Assembly: GCA_010909165.1 (NCBI GenBank)
Contig: VJWM01000044.1
Location: forward strand, 310,001-374,000
Source: Anthoceros angustus
Taxonomy: Eukaryota; Plantae; Anthocerotophyta
Reading direction: 5' to 3'
Length of the DNA stretch: 64,000 nucleotides
Below the pieces are notes generated by a model. It made no database searches and was not told the DNA's origin. It worked only from the letters and a program-made list of their open reading frames with translations. Shown in pieces: positions 49,094-62,528 of this stretch. The position numbers and the translations under genes were made by a program. Numbering within the stretch: the stretch's first letter is position 1; every line of letters begins with the position of its first letter.

Positions 49094-51622
49094 ATGTGGC
49101 AAAGGGGAGACTCCCATTGGATTTCCCAGGTGTTGGGGGCTTGTAGGTTATTGGTTAAAAAGAAGCCCACGCCCGGGGTGCGCCCTGCAGTTGTTGGGGA
49201 GGCATTTTTTCAGCTCATAAGCCGTAGTATCGCCCTCCAGTTTCGGGAGCAGTTCCAAGCTCATCTTAGCCCCCATCAGTATGGGATAGCTAATCCAAGG
49301 GCTTTGAGTCAGTGGCTTTCGACATCGTAATGACTCTTAAGTCACATCCGGACTGGGTTGTCCTACGGGTCAATGTGGAAATGCTTTCAACACTATCTCC
49401 ACGACGCCCATTTTCAACGAGCTGAAGGATGCGGGCGGGTAGCTGGCAAGTTAATTCCTTTTGTTCGTTCTTTTAGTTCCCGTATAACTGTACTATTAGC
49501 ATGGTCGCCGATTGGGTGGGGTCTCCATGCTTGACTTGACGGGGACTAGCCAAGGGATCTATTGTGACACTAATCTGGCTTGGGTTTAGTGTTCGATTAG
49601 TGCTAAGTAATCTACTTACTTATCTTTTAGTAAGTAATAAGTATTAATTAATATAAAGTGCTTATATTAATTAAGCATTAATTAGTGTTAATTAAACATG
49701 GTTAGCAATAGCTAAGTGGATAAGTACACGTAATATGCTTTAGAATATTCTTTTCATATTATAGTGTATTCTTAGGATATTATCTTCCTTGCATATTATA
49801 GTGTATTCTTAGGATATTTTTGGCAGATGCTGATGCCAATAGAATATCTTATGAATATGCCAATGCCAAGGGCTAATATATATAGAGCCTTTCACGTAAG
49901 CTCATGTAAGCTTGTCCTCTAGATATCAATGCAAGAGTGTTGTGAGGAGGCCAAAACTATACTCACGAGGCGATGTGTGAGAAATTTGCGTGTTGTTCTG
50001 TGGGAGAATGTGTTTGTGCCACGGCCTGCTACTCTATCCTATTGTTATTGGTTTGCACCTATATTTGCATATTAGATTTTTTTGCTTGGTTGTCATTGAG
50101 GAAGTGCTCATATGAATGCAAGTGCTTATCTCATCGGCGGATCCCGTAGAGTGCCTCTTTACCATGGCGGACTTCATGGCTCTGTCACGATCTCCGGTCA
50201 GAATGTCTCTTTCCATCAATTGCGGATGACACTCATATCGTAGGGCCGGGATAAGGTCAAGAACTTTTCAAAATCTTCTCCTTAGAGTTCTTCTCTTTGG
50301 TTTGAAAATCAAGATTTGATGCAAGATCTAGTCCGCCAAGAGTTACGCTCTTTCTTCAATATCCCGAGGAGCATATTGCTTTTCCAGGGACTCAGTTTAG
50401 AGAGGTGAGGCCTCGGATTTTATTCAAGATTACATGGACACTGTTATGAAGAAGAATTTGGCTCACAACGACAACCTCTCTCTATAAGAGGACCCACAGG
50501 TGGTGTTTGGTATCTTCTTTTCTAACCCATGGTGCACAGTACCTTCTCGGTGCCTCTCTCTTTGGCTTTCATATCTAAGTGAAGGATTTCAACAAGTAGA
50601 TCATACAAGTGTTGGAGGACATCGTGGCCCGAGATACCTTTCGATGTGGCGTGGGGGATCTTGCACGGTGGCAAGCGTCCCTGCTTGTTGCTTTTGGTGG
50701 CACAAGTCTCACAGCCCACAGGCCTCGGTGACCTTTCTATCTGCAAGCTCTCTCTCTGCCCGTATCTTGGCTTCTCGCTTCCATATAAGGGATTTTTGCA
50801 TCGTGAAGGGTTTCGTCTCAAGCGTTGAGGAAAAGGCCCTTCCCCCTCTAGGTGTTCTTAAGATTGGCTAGGGGCATCTTATCCACAAAGGCCAAGGATG
50901 CCTCTCGCCCTCGTTCCTCGGGACGGTCTAAGGGGCTTCAAGCCTATCTCTAGGAGAAGCAGTATGGCTAGGCGCATCAAGGGAAGGGAGGCAGTTCACA
51001 GTTTCGACCCAACTTTGTATCCAGCCTTTGGTGCCGACTTCTTTTTCTCTTGTGATGAGGTTTTGCACAGGCCTTATCCAATCTCGCTTGTTCTCTTACA
51101 TCCTGTGACTATGGGCCCACCTCCTCCCCTCTCCCCCCCCTCCAGGCAACTGGGACCCACTTAGCGGGTAGCACATCGCATTCCATGATGCCGTCCAAGA
51201 TGTCATGTTCTCAATGTCCAAAGAGTGCGGAATCTTTCCTTTCAGGCCCATATACATTGCATGGCATGTCTCTCAAGGTTGATTTATTTTGATCGGAGGG
51301 ACCAAGTCTATATTGTAGATGTGGTTGTAGCAGATCCTATTCGGGACACCGTCAGCATGTCATCATCAACCTCCGGGAGGCGGAGGGATCTTGCGATCGA
51401 GGCTCACAAGTACACCTCCATGCGGGAAAGCCATGTATTCATTCCTCTTGCTATCGAGACTCACGAGACCATGGACAAGGATTTTTGAAGTTTATCAAGG
51501 GTTGCACTAAAACCTACCACATCAGTAAGAATGGTGTAGGTCTCCCCCTTTCCTATGTGGCGGCTTTCTTTCAGCAACATCTTTTCATCTCCCCTGACAC
51601 GGTGGCAAGCGCAAAATTTTAG
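49094..51622 (+). mobile_element. CRE-like non-LTR retrotransposon, unit 3
   Basis: ORF 49058-49330 reads GVRPAVVGEAFFQLISRSIALQFREQFQAHLSPHQYGIA. DQVYIVDVVVADP...FIPLAIETH lies at 51225-51488. Confidence 0.8.
49563..50133. mobile_element. Solo LTR-like insertion (unit 3)
   Basis: Same sequence and insertion point as in units 1 and 2. Confidence 0.7.
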
Positions 51623-53082
51623 GACAACCATAAATGTGGGAGACACAACATCTTGACTCCGTGGTAAGTAGGTCCTTTCTTATTCCAGACTACCATATCT
51701 TGGGGGCAATAGGTAGTTTCACGGTAAAACAATCGCGGGGACTAGTCCCACTTGGCCAAGAACCCTCTAGTGGGTTCTTCCTCACTCTCTCGGTGCAAAT
51801 GGGACAATTCCCATCTAAGCGCATTTAAAAAGTCTTTGTGCTCTACTTATATACATATGTTTGTATACAACACCGAGATCGCGGATATTAGATTCAGGGT
51901 TCACAGGCATCGGAGCAGAGACTTCGCAGTCAAAGTTCTCTACTCAATAATAGATTTTCTCCGTCTTTTTTTATCTTGTCATTTGCCTCTAAAATTTATT
52001 AAGTGCAGTAATTACGCAGGAAAGCGGATAAGAGGGTTCATATCCCTTCCCATTTTTCTAGGCGAAGGTGGAAAAGGTTCAAGCTTCCTTTATTTGAGCT
52101 CATATTATGCATAAGCGATCAACTCCTTTACCTATCCTCCTTTACGAATTTAGTCTTTCCTTAAACTTGAATGCCTTTTTAGCATGTCCTCTTTCTTCTA
52201 CCGCCTTGACTCCTTGACATTGCCAACCCCAATCTTTCCTTACCACCTCCTTGCCTATAGGTCTTTTGTTCACCTTGGCTAAATATTGATTCGAGCTTTC
52301 TTTTGTTGGCTCTCTCAAGGCGATTGGCTTAAAAGGCTGAGTTTGAACCTCTTAGACTCCTAGATTGGCCTAGTAGCCCTACTCCCAACTTCCCTCTCTC
52401 ACATCCCCAACCACCACATCAGAAGGAACTTCAAATTGAGATACCTTCGTCTCACTTGGTCTCCTCTCTCTTGCCCTCTTCTCACGCCCGGACACCGTTT
52501 CTACAAGGAGGAGTTTCGTGTCAATCTCCCCTCTAGCTTCCAGGTGCCTGTCACACTATCTTAGTTCTCCCTCTCCTTTAAACTCTGTACACTCATTGGT
52601 CAATTCCGAGTTAGCTCCCATCACCTTTAGATCGAAGACCCGCTAGCTCAAGCCCGCCTCTTCAAGAACAACGGATTTGCAAGCTCTGTTCCTTGGACCC
52701 TGAATGTGAATCGCATTTTTTCTTCTATTGTCTCGCCTATGCTGATATTCGGGCTCCTTTCAAGTGTGCTGGTTTTCCTTGTGCAAATTCTTCTCTTTTC
52801 ACATTCCTTAGCTCTCGGACTCTGTCTCTATGAGCTTTTTGACCGTCGGCGGGCTTTGTTTGACTCTTATAGGTTTCACCTCCTTTTTCCCTCTTTTTCC
52901 TCCTTTTTCTCATCTCAAATATTTACTATCTTTTTGGTTCAGATGTACATATGTGTACTCGCTTTTTCCCCTCTTTTGCCCTATACTATCTTTGTCCCAT
53001 GATGGTCCTTCCATCCTTAGCGGATATAAATAAAGTTGTTGTTGGCAAAGCGGAAGCGTGGTGGGCCCATAACTCATAGGTT

Positions 53083-54725
53083 AACAACGTCTGTGTAGAA
53101 AGGGGTTTCTCCTGTCAAAAGGGGTTTTGGAAAAAATCTCAACCCTATTTCGCCGGAAACTGAAGTTGGTTTGGTTTTTGTTGGTTTTTGTAGGTGTTCA
53201 TCCATCGGTTTCGGGCATTCTCGGTTCCGGCACCACTTCCAGTCGAGTTATTTACACCGTGCTGGTACCTTGTACTCAAGTTCATGACGATTTAGTCGGT
53301 GTGATGAAGGGCCAGCGACCTCATTGTTCCATAATTTCGTTATGTTCGTAGTTTCTGCATTTTGTGTGGTTTTGTATGTTTTTATATACCAGGGGGGCCT
53401 AGGCGCGCATAAGTGCGCGTCTAAATAACGCTATGCGCAAACTTTTGTACGCATTGTGCAAAAAGAATGCAAAAAATGATCTTCTAATGGGGAAACATGT
53501 CCTTTTGGAGGTCTGAGGATGTGTCGGAATTCTCGATACAATAACAAGTAGCAGACATCGGCGGAGGTTCACCTAGACCGCTCTCATATATCTATCTTAT
53601 GCCCTAATGCGACGAAGAACATCCTATCCCTTTTTTATCCTTTACGGTATTTCCGTCTCTTTCGGCGGTGACCTAGTACCGGGTTATCATCAAACATATT
53701 AGGGGGGCCCAGCTGGGTGAACAAGTGCATGCACCAAGGGGCAAGGGGGCCAGAGTGCGCGCACTTGTGCGCGCATGAGGGGCAAGGGGCCAGTGCATGC
53801 ACCGAGGGGCAAGGGGCAAGGGGCCAGTCTGCGCGCAAAGCCAAGGTCAAGAAGGGCCTAGGAGCATGAACCCATATGGTTCATGCCTCCTAATGCATTC
53901 CCACACGGTTTATCCAAAGAAAAAAAGAGCAAAAGTTCTTAAAAACCCCAAAAAGATCCTAAAAATGTCCAATTTTTTGAGGCAAGTGCGCGCACGCGCA
54001 CTTGCCCTATAATTTTGTTAGTTTTTTGAATTTTTGGGTATTTTTTTTATATTTTTATTGTTTTTAAAGGTTCCTTTCGATGTTTTCAACCTTTTTTGTG
54101 CACCTCTCTAATGTAGATATGTTTTTATCTTTACTTAGCCTTCATCCTTTTTCTAGTGGTTAAAACTTTGAACTAGTAGTGAGAACCTTTTGCATCTTTT
54201 GAATCTTGAGACGTTTGGCATGGGCCTAGCTCCAAGTGCAGACCATGCCACTCTCGTTCTCGTACTGCACATGGATCAAGAGCATCAGGTCAATGAAGAT
54301 ATTATTGTCCCAAAGTCTAAGAAACAAAGTCCAGTAAAATTCTCAGAGCGAGAGTATAGTCTTAGGATTGATTGGTATGAATGAAAGGTTGGTGCGCAAA
54401 TGCGCGAGTCTAACAAGCCTAAAAACTCTAAGCGTTTGTATCGTCCAACACGCAATGATTGCCGGTGTTGGAGACTGTTTAGATGTAAGTGCACGCATAA
54501 GTTTGCGCACGAATTCTATGTCCAGCTTGAAAGAAAAAAGCCGAACGAGAATGAGACTTTAGGTTTTTGCCACGTACTTGCAATCTACAATCTCAAATAA
54601 CGTGTATCAAAACAATTATTCAAAAGGTTGCGGGTGACATGTTTGCAGAGAAATACCAAAAAGGCTGATTATAATGCGGATTTCAAGGGGTTTAAGGAGA
54701 AACCCCTTTCTACACAGATGCTGCT
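53083..54725. mobile_element. TIR insert, unit 3
   Basis: AACAACGTCTGTGTAGAAAGGGGTTTCTCC and GGAGAAACCCCTTTCTACACAGATGCTGCT are 27/30 complementary, with the inner 23 bp perfect. Contains a GC-rich AGGGGCAAGGGGCC minisatellite at ~53730-53850. Confidence 0.8.
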
Positions 54726-57624
54726 GGTTGGCAAAGCGGAAGCGTGGTAGGCATATAACCCATAGGATGCTGTTGGTTGGCAAAGCGGAAGCGTGGTAGG
54801 CATATAACCCATAAGTCCGTGGATCGAAACGAGGCTTTGATATTTTGATATAGTAGTTAAATTTTTTAATAAGCTTTAAGTCTATATGAAAAAGACTACA
54901 TGCAAGAATGATAGTTAAAGATTACATGCAGTAAAGTAGTTAACTTTTTAAGTAGCTTTAAGTATACATGAAAAATACTACATGCGAGAATGATGGTTAA
55001 AGATTACATGCCGCCGTGCTTCTATGGCTGGACTTTTCGACCATCCAATCATTTCTTCTCATGAAAAACATGCAAGATGATACTTGAGTCTATGGCTGAT
55101 TTCTTCTCATGAAAAATATACAAGACCACCAGTTTAGCCAAATAGTAAGCTCAAAACTAGACACCTGCAAAGTTTGCTATCCGGGCACATTGCAAGTTTG
55201 CTATCAATTTCTATCTTGCTATCTAGGCATAGTGCAAAGTTTGCTATCAACAAGGTAGAAATAGTTAGAGACCGTGACTCCAATTCCAACTCAGAATATG
55301 ATATGGTGTAGCTTTAAGTATACATGAAAAATACTACATGCGAGAATGATGGTTAAAGATTACATGGTGCTTCTATGGCTGGACTTTTCGACCATCCAAT
55401 CATTTCTTCTCATGAAAAACATGCAAGATGATACTTGAGTCTATGGCTCGACAATGGAAGCGAGCTGATTTCTTCTCATGAAAAATATACAAGACCACGG
55501 TTTAGTCAAATAGTAAGCTCGCAAAACTAGACACCGCAAAGTTTGCTATCGGGCACATTGCAAGTTTGCTATCCAGGCACATTGCAAAGTTTGCTATCAA
55601 TTTCTATCTTGCTATCTAGGCATAGTACAAAGTTTGCTATCAACAAGGTAGAAATAGTTAGAGACCGTGACTCCAATTCCAACTCAGAATATGATATGGT
55701 TCAAATTTCAGATGCCCATAATGGAAGGGAACAATTACATGCAAGGATGATAGGTGGAGTTTATGGCTGGGCTTTCCATAATAAAAAGGGTGAGAGTCAT
55801 AGGGTCACTTGTACTGGAAACTGGTTCGGGCCGGATTCGTGAACAACGGAACGCGAGAACCCTACACTCTAACGCGTGTGCCGTGAGACAGCATCCTGCG
55901 TGGGGATCCATTTTCAGCTAATGAAGCATGTACAAGAAGATACAGTCAAGCCAAAAAGAGTACATGCCGCAAAGTCATTTTGCCGTGAAACTTTCCTACG
56001 GAGGAAAAAAAAACACAATTTACAGACAAGTAGAAGAAGAAGAATTTTATTTAAGTCCACTAAGGACGGATTTTCGTTATGGGACTTGGTACTTAACAAC
56101 TTGTACCATGGTGTGCCTAAGCTACTTGCAATCTACAATCTCAAATAACGTGTATCAAAACAATTATTCAAAAGGTTGCGGGTGACATGTTTGCGAGAAA
56201 TACCAAAAGGTGATTATAATCACGGATTTCAAGGGGTTTGGAGAAACCCTTTCTACACGATCTTTGGTTGGCAAAGTGGTAGGCATATAACCCATAGGAT
56301 GTTGGTTGTGCAAAGCGGGCGTGGTAGGCATATAACCCATAAGTCCGTGGATCGAAGCGAGGCTTTGATATTTTGATATAGTAGTTAAATTTTTAATAAG
56401 CTTTAAGTCTATATGAAAAGACTACATGCAAGAATGATAGTTAAAGATTACATGCAGCGAAAGTAGTTAACTTTTTAAGTAGCTTTAAGTATACATGAAA
56501 AATACTACATGCGAGAATGATGGTTAAAGATTACATGCGTGCTTCTATGGACTTTTCGACCATCAATCATTTCTTCTCATGAAAAACATGCAAGATGATA
56601 CTTGAGTCTATGGCTGATTTCTTCTCATGAAAAATATACAAGACCACCAGTTTAGCCAAATAGTAAGCTCGCAAAACTAGACACCTGCAAAGTTTGCTAT
56701 CCGGGCACATTGCAAAGTTTGCTATCAATTTCTATCTTGCTATCTAGGCATAGTGCAAAGTTTGCTATCAACAAGGTAGAAATAGTTAGAGACGTGACTC
56801 CAATTCCAACTCGAGAATATGATATGGTGTAGCTTTAAGTATACATGAAAAATACTACATGCGAGAATGATGGTTAAAGATTACATGCGCCGTGCTTCTA
56901 TGGCTGGACTTTTCGACCATCCAATCATTTCTTCTCATGAAAAACATGCAAGATGATACTTGAGTCTATGGCTCGACAATGGAAGCGATTTCTTCTCATG
57001 AAAAATATACAAGACCACGGTTTAGTCAAATAGTAAGCTCGCAAAACTAGACACACCGCAAAGTTTGCTATCGGGCACATTGCAAGTTTGCTATCGCACA
57101 TTGCAAAGTTTGCTATCAATTTCTATCTTGCTATCTAGGCATAGTACAAAGTTTGCTATCAACAAGGTAGAAATAGTTAGAGACCGTGACTCAATTCCAA
57201 CTCGAATATGATATGGTTCAAATTTGGATGCCCATAATGGAAGGGAACAATTACATGCAAGGATGATAGGTGGAGTTTATGGCTGGGCTTTCCATAATAA
57301 AAAGGGTGAGAGTCATAGGGTCACTTGTCGGAAGCTGGTTGGGCGGATTCGTGAACAACGGAACGCGAGAACCCTACACTCTAGCGTGCAGTGGGCAGCA
57401 TCCTGCGTGGGGATCCATTTTCAGCTAATGAAGCATGTACAAGAAGATCTGATCAAGCCAAAAGTACATACGCAAAGTCATTTTTGGTGAAACTTTCCTA
57501 CGGAGGAAAAAAAAACACAATTTACAGACAAGTAGAAGAAGAAGAATTTTATTTAAGTCCACTAAGGACGGATTTTCGTTATGGGACTTGGTACTTAACA
57601 ACTTGTACCATGGTGTGCCTAAGC
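54575..57624. repeat. Unit-3-specific tandem duplication of ~1.5 kb
   Basis: 54575-56122 is repeated at 56123-57624 with TACTTGCA microhomology at the junction. Confidence 0.85.
54771..54842 (+). pseudogene. Degenerate tRNA-iMet, unit 3 (a further noisy copy at ~56300-56370)
   Basis: 72 nt, same alignment, followed by TTTT. Confidence 0.82.
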
Positions 57625-57804
57625 TACTTGCACCAAGGGCATCCACTCCCTTTAGGCACCCCATCTAAATACCGATCTAAGCTAGGATGCTTAATCACGG
57701 CGTTCTTATAAATGTGTGTGCATTTGGCGTTCTTATAAATACTCCAGCCAAGTTCCTCTTGGTAAAAGGCAAGATACTGTTGCTCCACAACAATATGGGA
57801 CCCC

Positions 57805-59692
57805 TTAGAGACACCGACTCCAAATCCAGCTGAGAATATCAAAAGTGGAGTCCAGAAGACCATCGGCTGAGCCACCTATCTGCTCCTTAAGCTTGCTAGC
57901 CTGCAAGTCCTGCAAGAAATTGTACAGGTTAATAAAGTTTCAGCCTAGGTACAAGTCCCCGTTGTGGGGAGAACCTGGCTGAATTTCAAGCGGAATTACC
58001 TTTAAGGTACTTTTCCAAGATGCAAGTCTTAGGTCGACTTCGAAGGATGCCGAGCCCTCTGAGCTAGCAGCTTGGACAAACCTCCAAAACTATGCCTCGC
58101 TCAAAAATCTGGTTTTTCTGAGTGTTCTCACGCGTCTCTCAACCAAAGCTGAGTCCCTGACTCTGCACCTGAAAGAGGGCTAGCCCACCGGATGCCCAGT
58201 TCTGTACTAGGGTCTACGATAGCCCTTTGACAGTGTCTTCAGCTGTCCTTCGTTCATCTTCCTGTCAAACGAGGGCTTCAGACTGATGGAAAATGGTGGC
58301 CCAGTGCACTCACTACTTCCTATTGGACCCCTCTTTGCGTACACATATCAAACGAGTCTGTGTATTTCTGGAGGGAGGATGCACTTACCGAGATCGAGTC
58401 GTCTCCCTCCACCACCTCGGTGGAAAGCATAAGTCTCAGGTCCCATTCCGTGGCCCGAGATAGACCAGTAACCAGGTACCTGACCGGACGTCTCCTAAAC
58501 TGCCAGAGTGCCAAGAGCATCAGCAAAGAGCTCTGCAATCCTACTAGGCGGACGAGACCATATGTTTTGAACACTGTAGATCATGAGAGTGTGCATTGTG
58601 TCAAGTGTAGACCTTGTCGATGGTCAAGGACTCGCCATGGGCCTTGCACTGGACCAAGAGGATGTTTCCAATTCCTTTTCGTAATCTGCAGGCCGACAAT
58701 GTTGTGTCAGGGGTGACCATCGAGTTCAAGGTACCAGCTTCAGACACATTGTTACAGTATAATGTATACACCGGAGGAAGAAAGATACGAGTCACCTCTA
58801 TGATGATAACTTCCTTCTCAACCGTGGGCTGCTTGTCCTCCTGAGATCGACAGGCAACCTCTTTCAGCCTGTCGAAATAATGTCGAGGAGTTTTGTGTCC
58901 AAAACTTTGAAGGGTCGTGCAGGCCAACGTTTTGGGCGACCCTCTCAAACTCCTCTTCAAGTTCAGTAAACGAGAAGGAAGGCAGACTTTCCAGTGTTTT
59001 GGTCCCCTGCACAGGCGCGAGGGAGCACTGAGCTTCAAATTGCAGGGACAATGCAAAGTTTCAAAACTTTTGTGCATAACTCAAAAATGGGGCGTGAGCA
59101 GTGACGTCGATACTCCACGCGAGGGTAAAAGGTCAATCGCCCAAAGCGCAGCCACAACAAAGGTCTCAGATGTCGGCCCGTCCGAGAGTCACTCGTGTCC
59201 GCACACGAGCTGGCAAACTCTTCGAGAGCTGCCTTCAAGTCCTGCTCCAGCTTGGACCGCAGTCGAAGGCCTTGAAGCGAGTGCAGCCCTGATCCCGCAA
59301 CCCCCTGAGCCAAAGCTGGCGACGAGGCTGAAACCCAGGTTTAATTACAAGCCAGAAATCAATACGTGGATTGCAGATGCCATGATCAACCACAAGCTTT
59401 GCAAGCGTGGAACATGAACTGACAGATACCTCCATGAAATTCCTTCTGCTGAGCCAGAGCCGGAGCCGTAACCACGCTGAGCCGGCAGCAGCTGTCGTCA
59501 TCGACGCGGAATCGAAGGGACTGGTCCATCGGGGACAACATGTAAAGCTTGTTTATTGCGTTTGCAGAGTAGTTCAGCATCATCCCAATCCAAGGACGGA
59601 GAGGAGGCGTCGTTCGTGGGACATCTGGAAAAGCTGGGCCGGTGGCAGATTGTGGCGCATCTTTTCGCAGATGTGGGGAATGTATTTCCCAT
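57805..59692 (-). CDS. DUF7903-like gene, unit 3
   Basis: Same motifs with several unit-3-specific substitutions; stop at 57805. Confidence 0.62.
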
Positions 59693-60234
59693 GCTAAGAC
59701 TAGTCACTACAAAATCAAGGCTATGGACCTGGTCTTCGCCTGTCTCATGGAAACAAGTTGCCCGCTTCCAGGGTTCTCTCAATGCCAGGTGAACGCTGCC
59801 GGATTCCTGAGAGTAAGAGCCAGAACGCTACGCTCCCGGACTTGTGAGAGTAAGAACCGGAACCTTCCGGATTTGAGAGAGAAGCTGCGGATCGCCAGGC
59901 TTTACGGCTTCTATTGACGAGGCGCGTCGGGCACTAATGATCAGATCTGTACATCCCCAACCGTGAGTTCGAGCGTGTTTAGGTAATTAACATAAAGCCA
60001 GTCGTCCCCTGTTGCCCGACTCCCTAGTGTAGGTACCTACTCTCATCGGGTACTTCCCGCTCCTTCACGCTCCGATAATTCAAATTGAATTCGCATTCAC
60101 GGTCCGGCGACAGAAGCTAACCGCCACCTCTGCCAGACTCCCAGCAACAGCCCCCGCGAATTTATCCAGCCGTACTACGGTGGCTTACAATGATCCAACA
60201 TGAAAGTTTGAGAGATCAGGTTTATCACCTAATA

Positions 60235-60766
60235 CAGTCCACCCCCCCTAATTGGGACTGGTTCGGAGTGCCTTTAGAGGTCCCATTAAGGGAGGTGTCC
60301 CGATTATATTTTCCCTATTTAAAAATAATAAAATATTTTAAATTTTAAAAAAAATAAAAAAATACCCAAAAAAAAAAGAAAATTTTAAATTTTGATTGAT
60401 AGGTTTCACTAAAAATAACTTTTACCACTTCTCTATATAGTTGTTTGAAAGCTAGCGCTCTCTCTAAGCAACATCAAAAACCTCTACCTACCATAAAGGA
60501 AAAAGCTTAGCTTAAGAGTCTTCAATCACACCTTAAAGTCTATTGTGCTTTGAAATAATCGATTTTTTCTTTCATTTTTATTTTTATAGTAAAAAAAATT
60601 AGAAATCCATTTAGGAGGTGAAACTAACATGAATGTATGTTTCAAAATGTCCCAATTATCATTTAGGAAAAGTCCCATTTATTACATTGTAAACTAAAAG
60701 GAGTAGGATGGGAGGTCCCATTTAGAGAGGAATCCATTTATAGAGTTCCCAATTAGGGGCCGACTG
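60235..60766. mobile_element. MITE, unit 3
   Basis: Same TIRs and TA flanks. Confidence 0.9.
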
Positions 60767-61583
60767 TATGTATCTGGCTTCAAACCTTGCAGAACAAAAT
60801 CCTTTCGCACTTGATATCCAGCAAAGCCAACGATGAGGAACTCACACTAATCCGTGACATGGATGAAAATTAGGGCAAGCAAGTTGTAAGGGCAGCACGC
60901 AATGCAGAGAAACAACGTCTGCCCGCTTTTCTGAGGTTTATCATACTGGTGAGTGAGAAACAATGATACCGATGAACAAGTGAGGCTGTTAAACCTGATC
61001 TCTAAAATGCTGAAACAGTGACACTGATGCACAGGTGAGAGTGGTAGACCTGATTTCACTCATCAGTGTCAAAAGTTTAGACATCAGGCTTATCGTACTG
61101 ATGAGTGAGATGAGGTTTACTAGTCTCACAGTTGTTGCACCTAGGATGTCAAGGACAGTGATGAAAATAGCTGTGCCCTGTTGGCATCGGTAGATGAACA
61201 CTTAAGGAATTGGAAAAAGATTGAAGTAAATTCTACCTGTCCACCTTACTTACAATGAGGCAGCCTGCTGAACAAGATGTCTTTCTAAACTTGTGACCTG
61301 TCCCGCAACAGCACTTCTAGCTTGAACTAACCTTCAGATCTTGAAAGACCTGCAAAACAGATGGGACAGTTCCATGTCCTGTGTGTTATTGCTGAACACC
61401 TTGCTACAGCTTGACCGCAACACACCGGATTGCCATATGCATGTGACCATCGGTAAGCTCAGTCTGTCCGTTGAGGAACGCATTCCATGTTGCCACGATT
61501 GCAGCTCTCCCACACTCACACAAGCATGAAAAGGAGACACAGATGTTGCCCTCCAGTTGCATACTTTGTTTTCTGACCAACTC

Positions 61584-62020
61584 CTACCGTTGATACTTCC
61601 TTGCTTTCTCCCTCACATGGTTTATAATCTTGATCATGTTCTCTGCTTCATCTAATTGCCCTGTACGCCCAAGGAGATCCATCATGCAATCGCAATGCTC
61701 ATTAGTAGGTTGATGCTGCATGCGGTTCAACCATGGAATCAGCATAGCCAAGCTGTTAAATATCCGGCATGCATTTTCCAGTTCGCCACATTTGGCATAT
61801 ATGACCACCAGGCAAAATATTGCCCAACAGTATAGTGTTTGGCAACTGTCCTCCTCCACAGGCTGAAACTATGCAGCTGCCTGTCCTTCTGTAAGGCACC
61901 AGCGCTTGTTTGTACAGGCCTTCATAGTACATGACGATCCATTTAGCAGGATCCAGACAAATGTTCTCCGCAAGTACTCCCTCTCCCTTCTAGCAGCGCT
62001 TATTCTTTTGATGAGGAAGC
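61584..62020 (-). pseudogene. PPR remnant, unit 3
   Basis: Same motifs (ORF 61584-61859). Confidence 0.8.
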
Positions 62021-62528
62021 AATAAAACTTCCAGAGAAAACAGAGTCTGCTAGCCTAGTAGGCTGCCTTGAATAACAGTATGCAGTTTTCCTTTAGTTTC
62101 CACGGTGTTCAGTGCTATGGGCTGAGTGCACTTTTTAGCTGCACCTTGGGGACCAAACGTTCAGGACGGTGGGGCAGCCTCATGAACCTCCCCATCCGAC
62201 ACACTTATGGAGTAAGTAGTTACGAGCTTCAAGTTAGTGCACAGGGATCAAAATTGCACACACCTTGCGATGTGCAGTGTCCAGAGTACGATCAAGAGGA
62301 TAGATTAGTATCAAGAATGAATTGGTACAGCCTCAGGTATACCATGGTTATGAACGTGTTTACATATAAGGGCAGCACAGGGGCAATCCATCCATGAATG
62401 GGCCAGGTGCGCTCCGGCCACAGCTCTACCTATCTAATGCTGCTACTGGGTTTCAAGACTAAGCATTACAGATATGGTACAAGCGAGTAGAGAAACGACT
62501 CAAGATGTGAAGCAAGGGCAGCCTGGCA

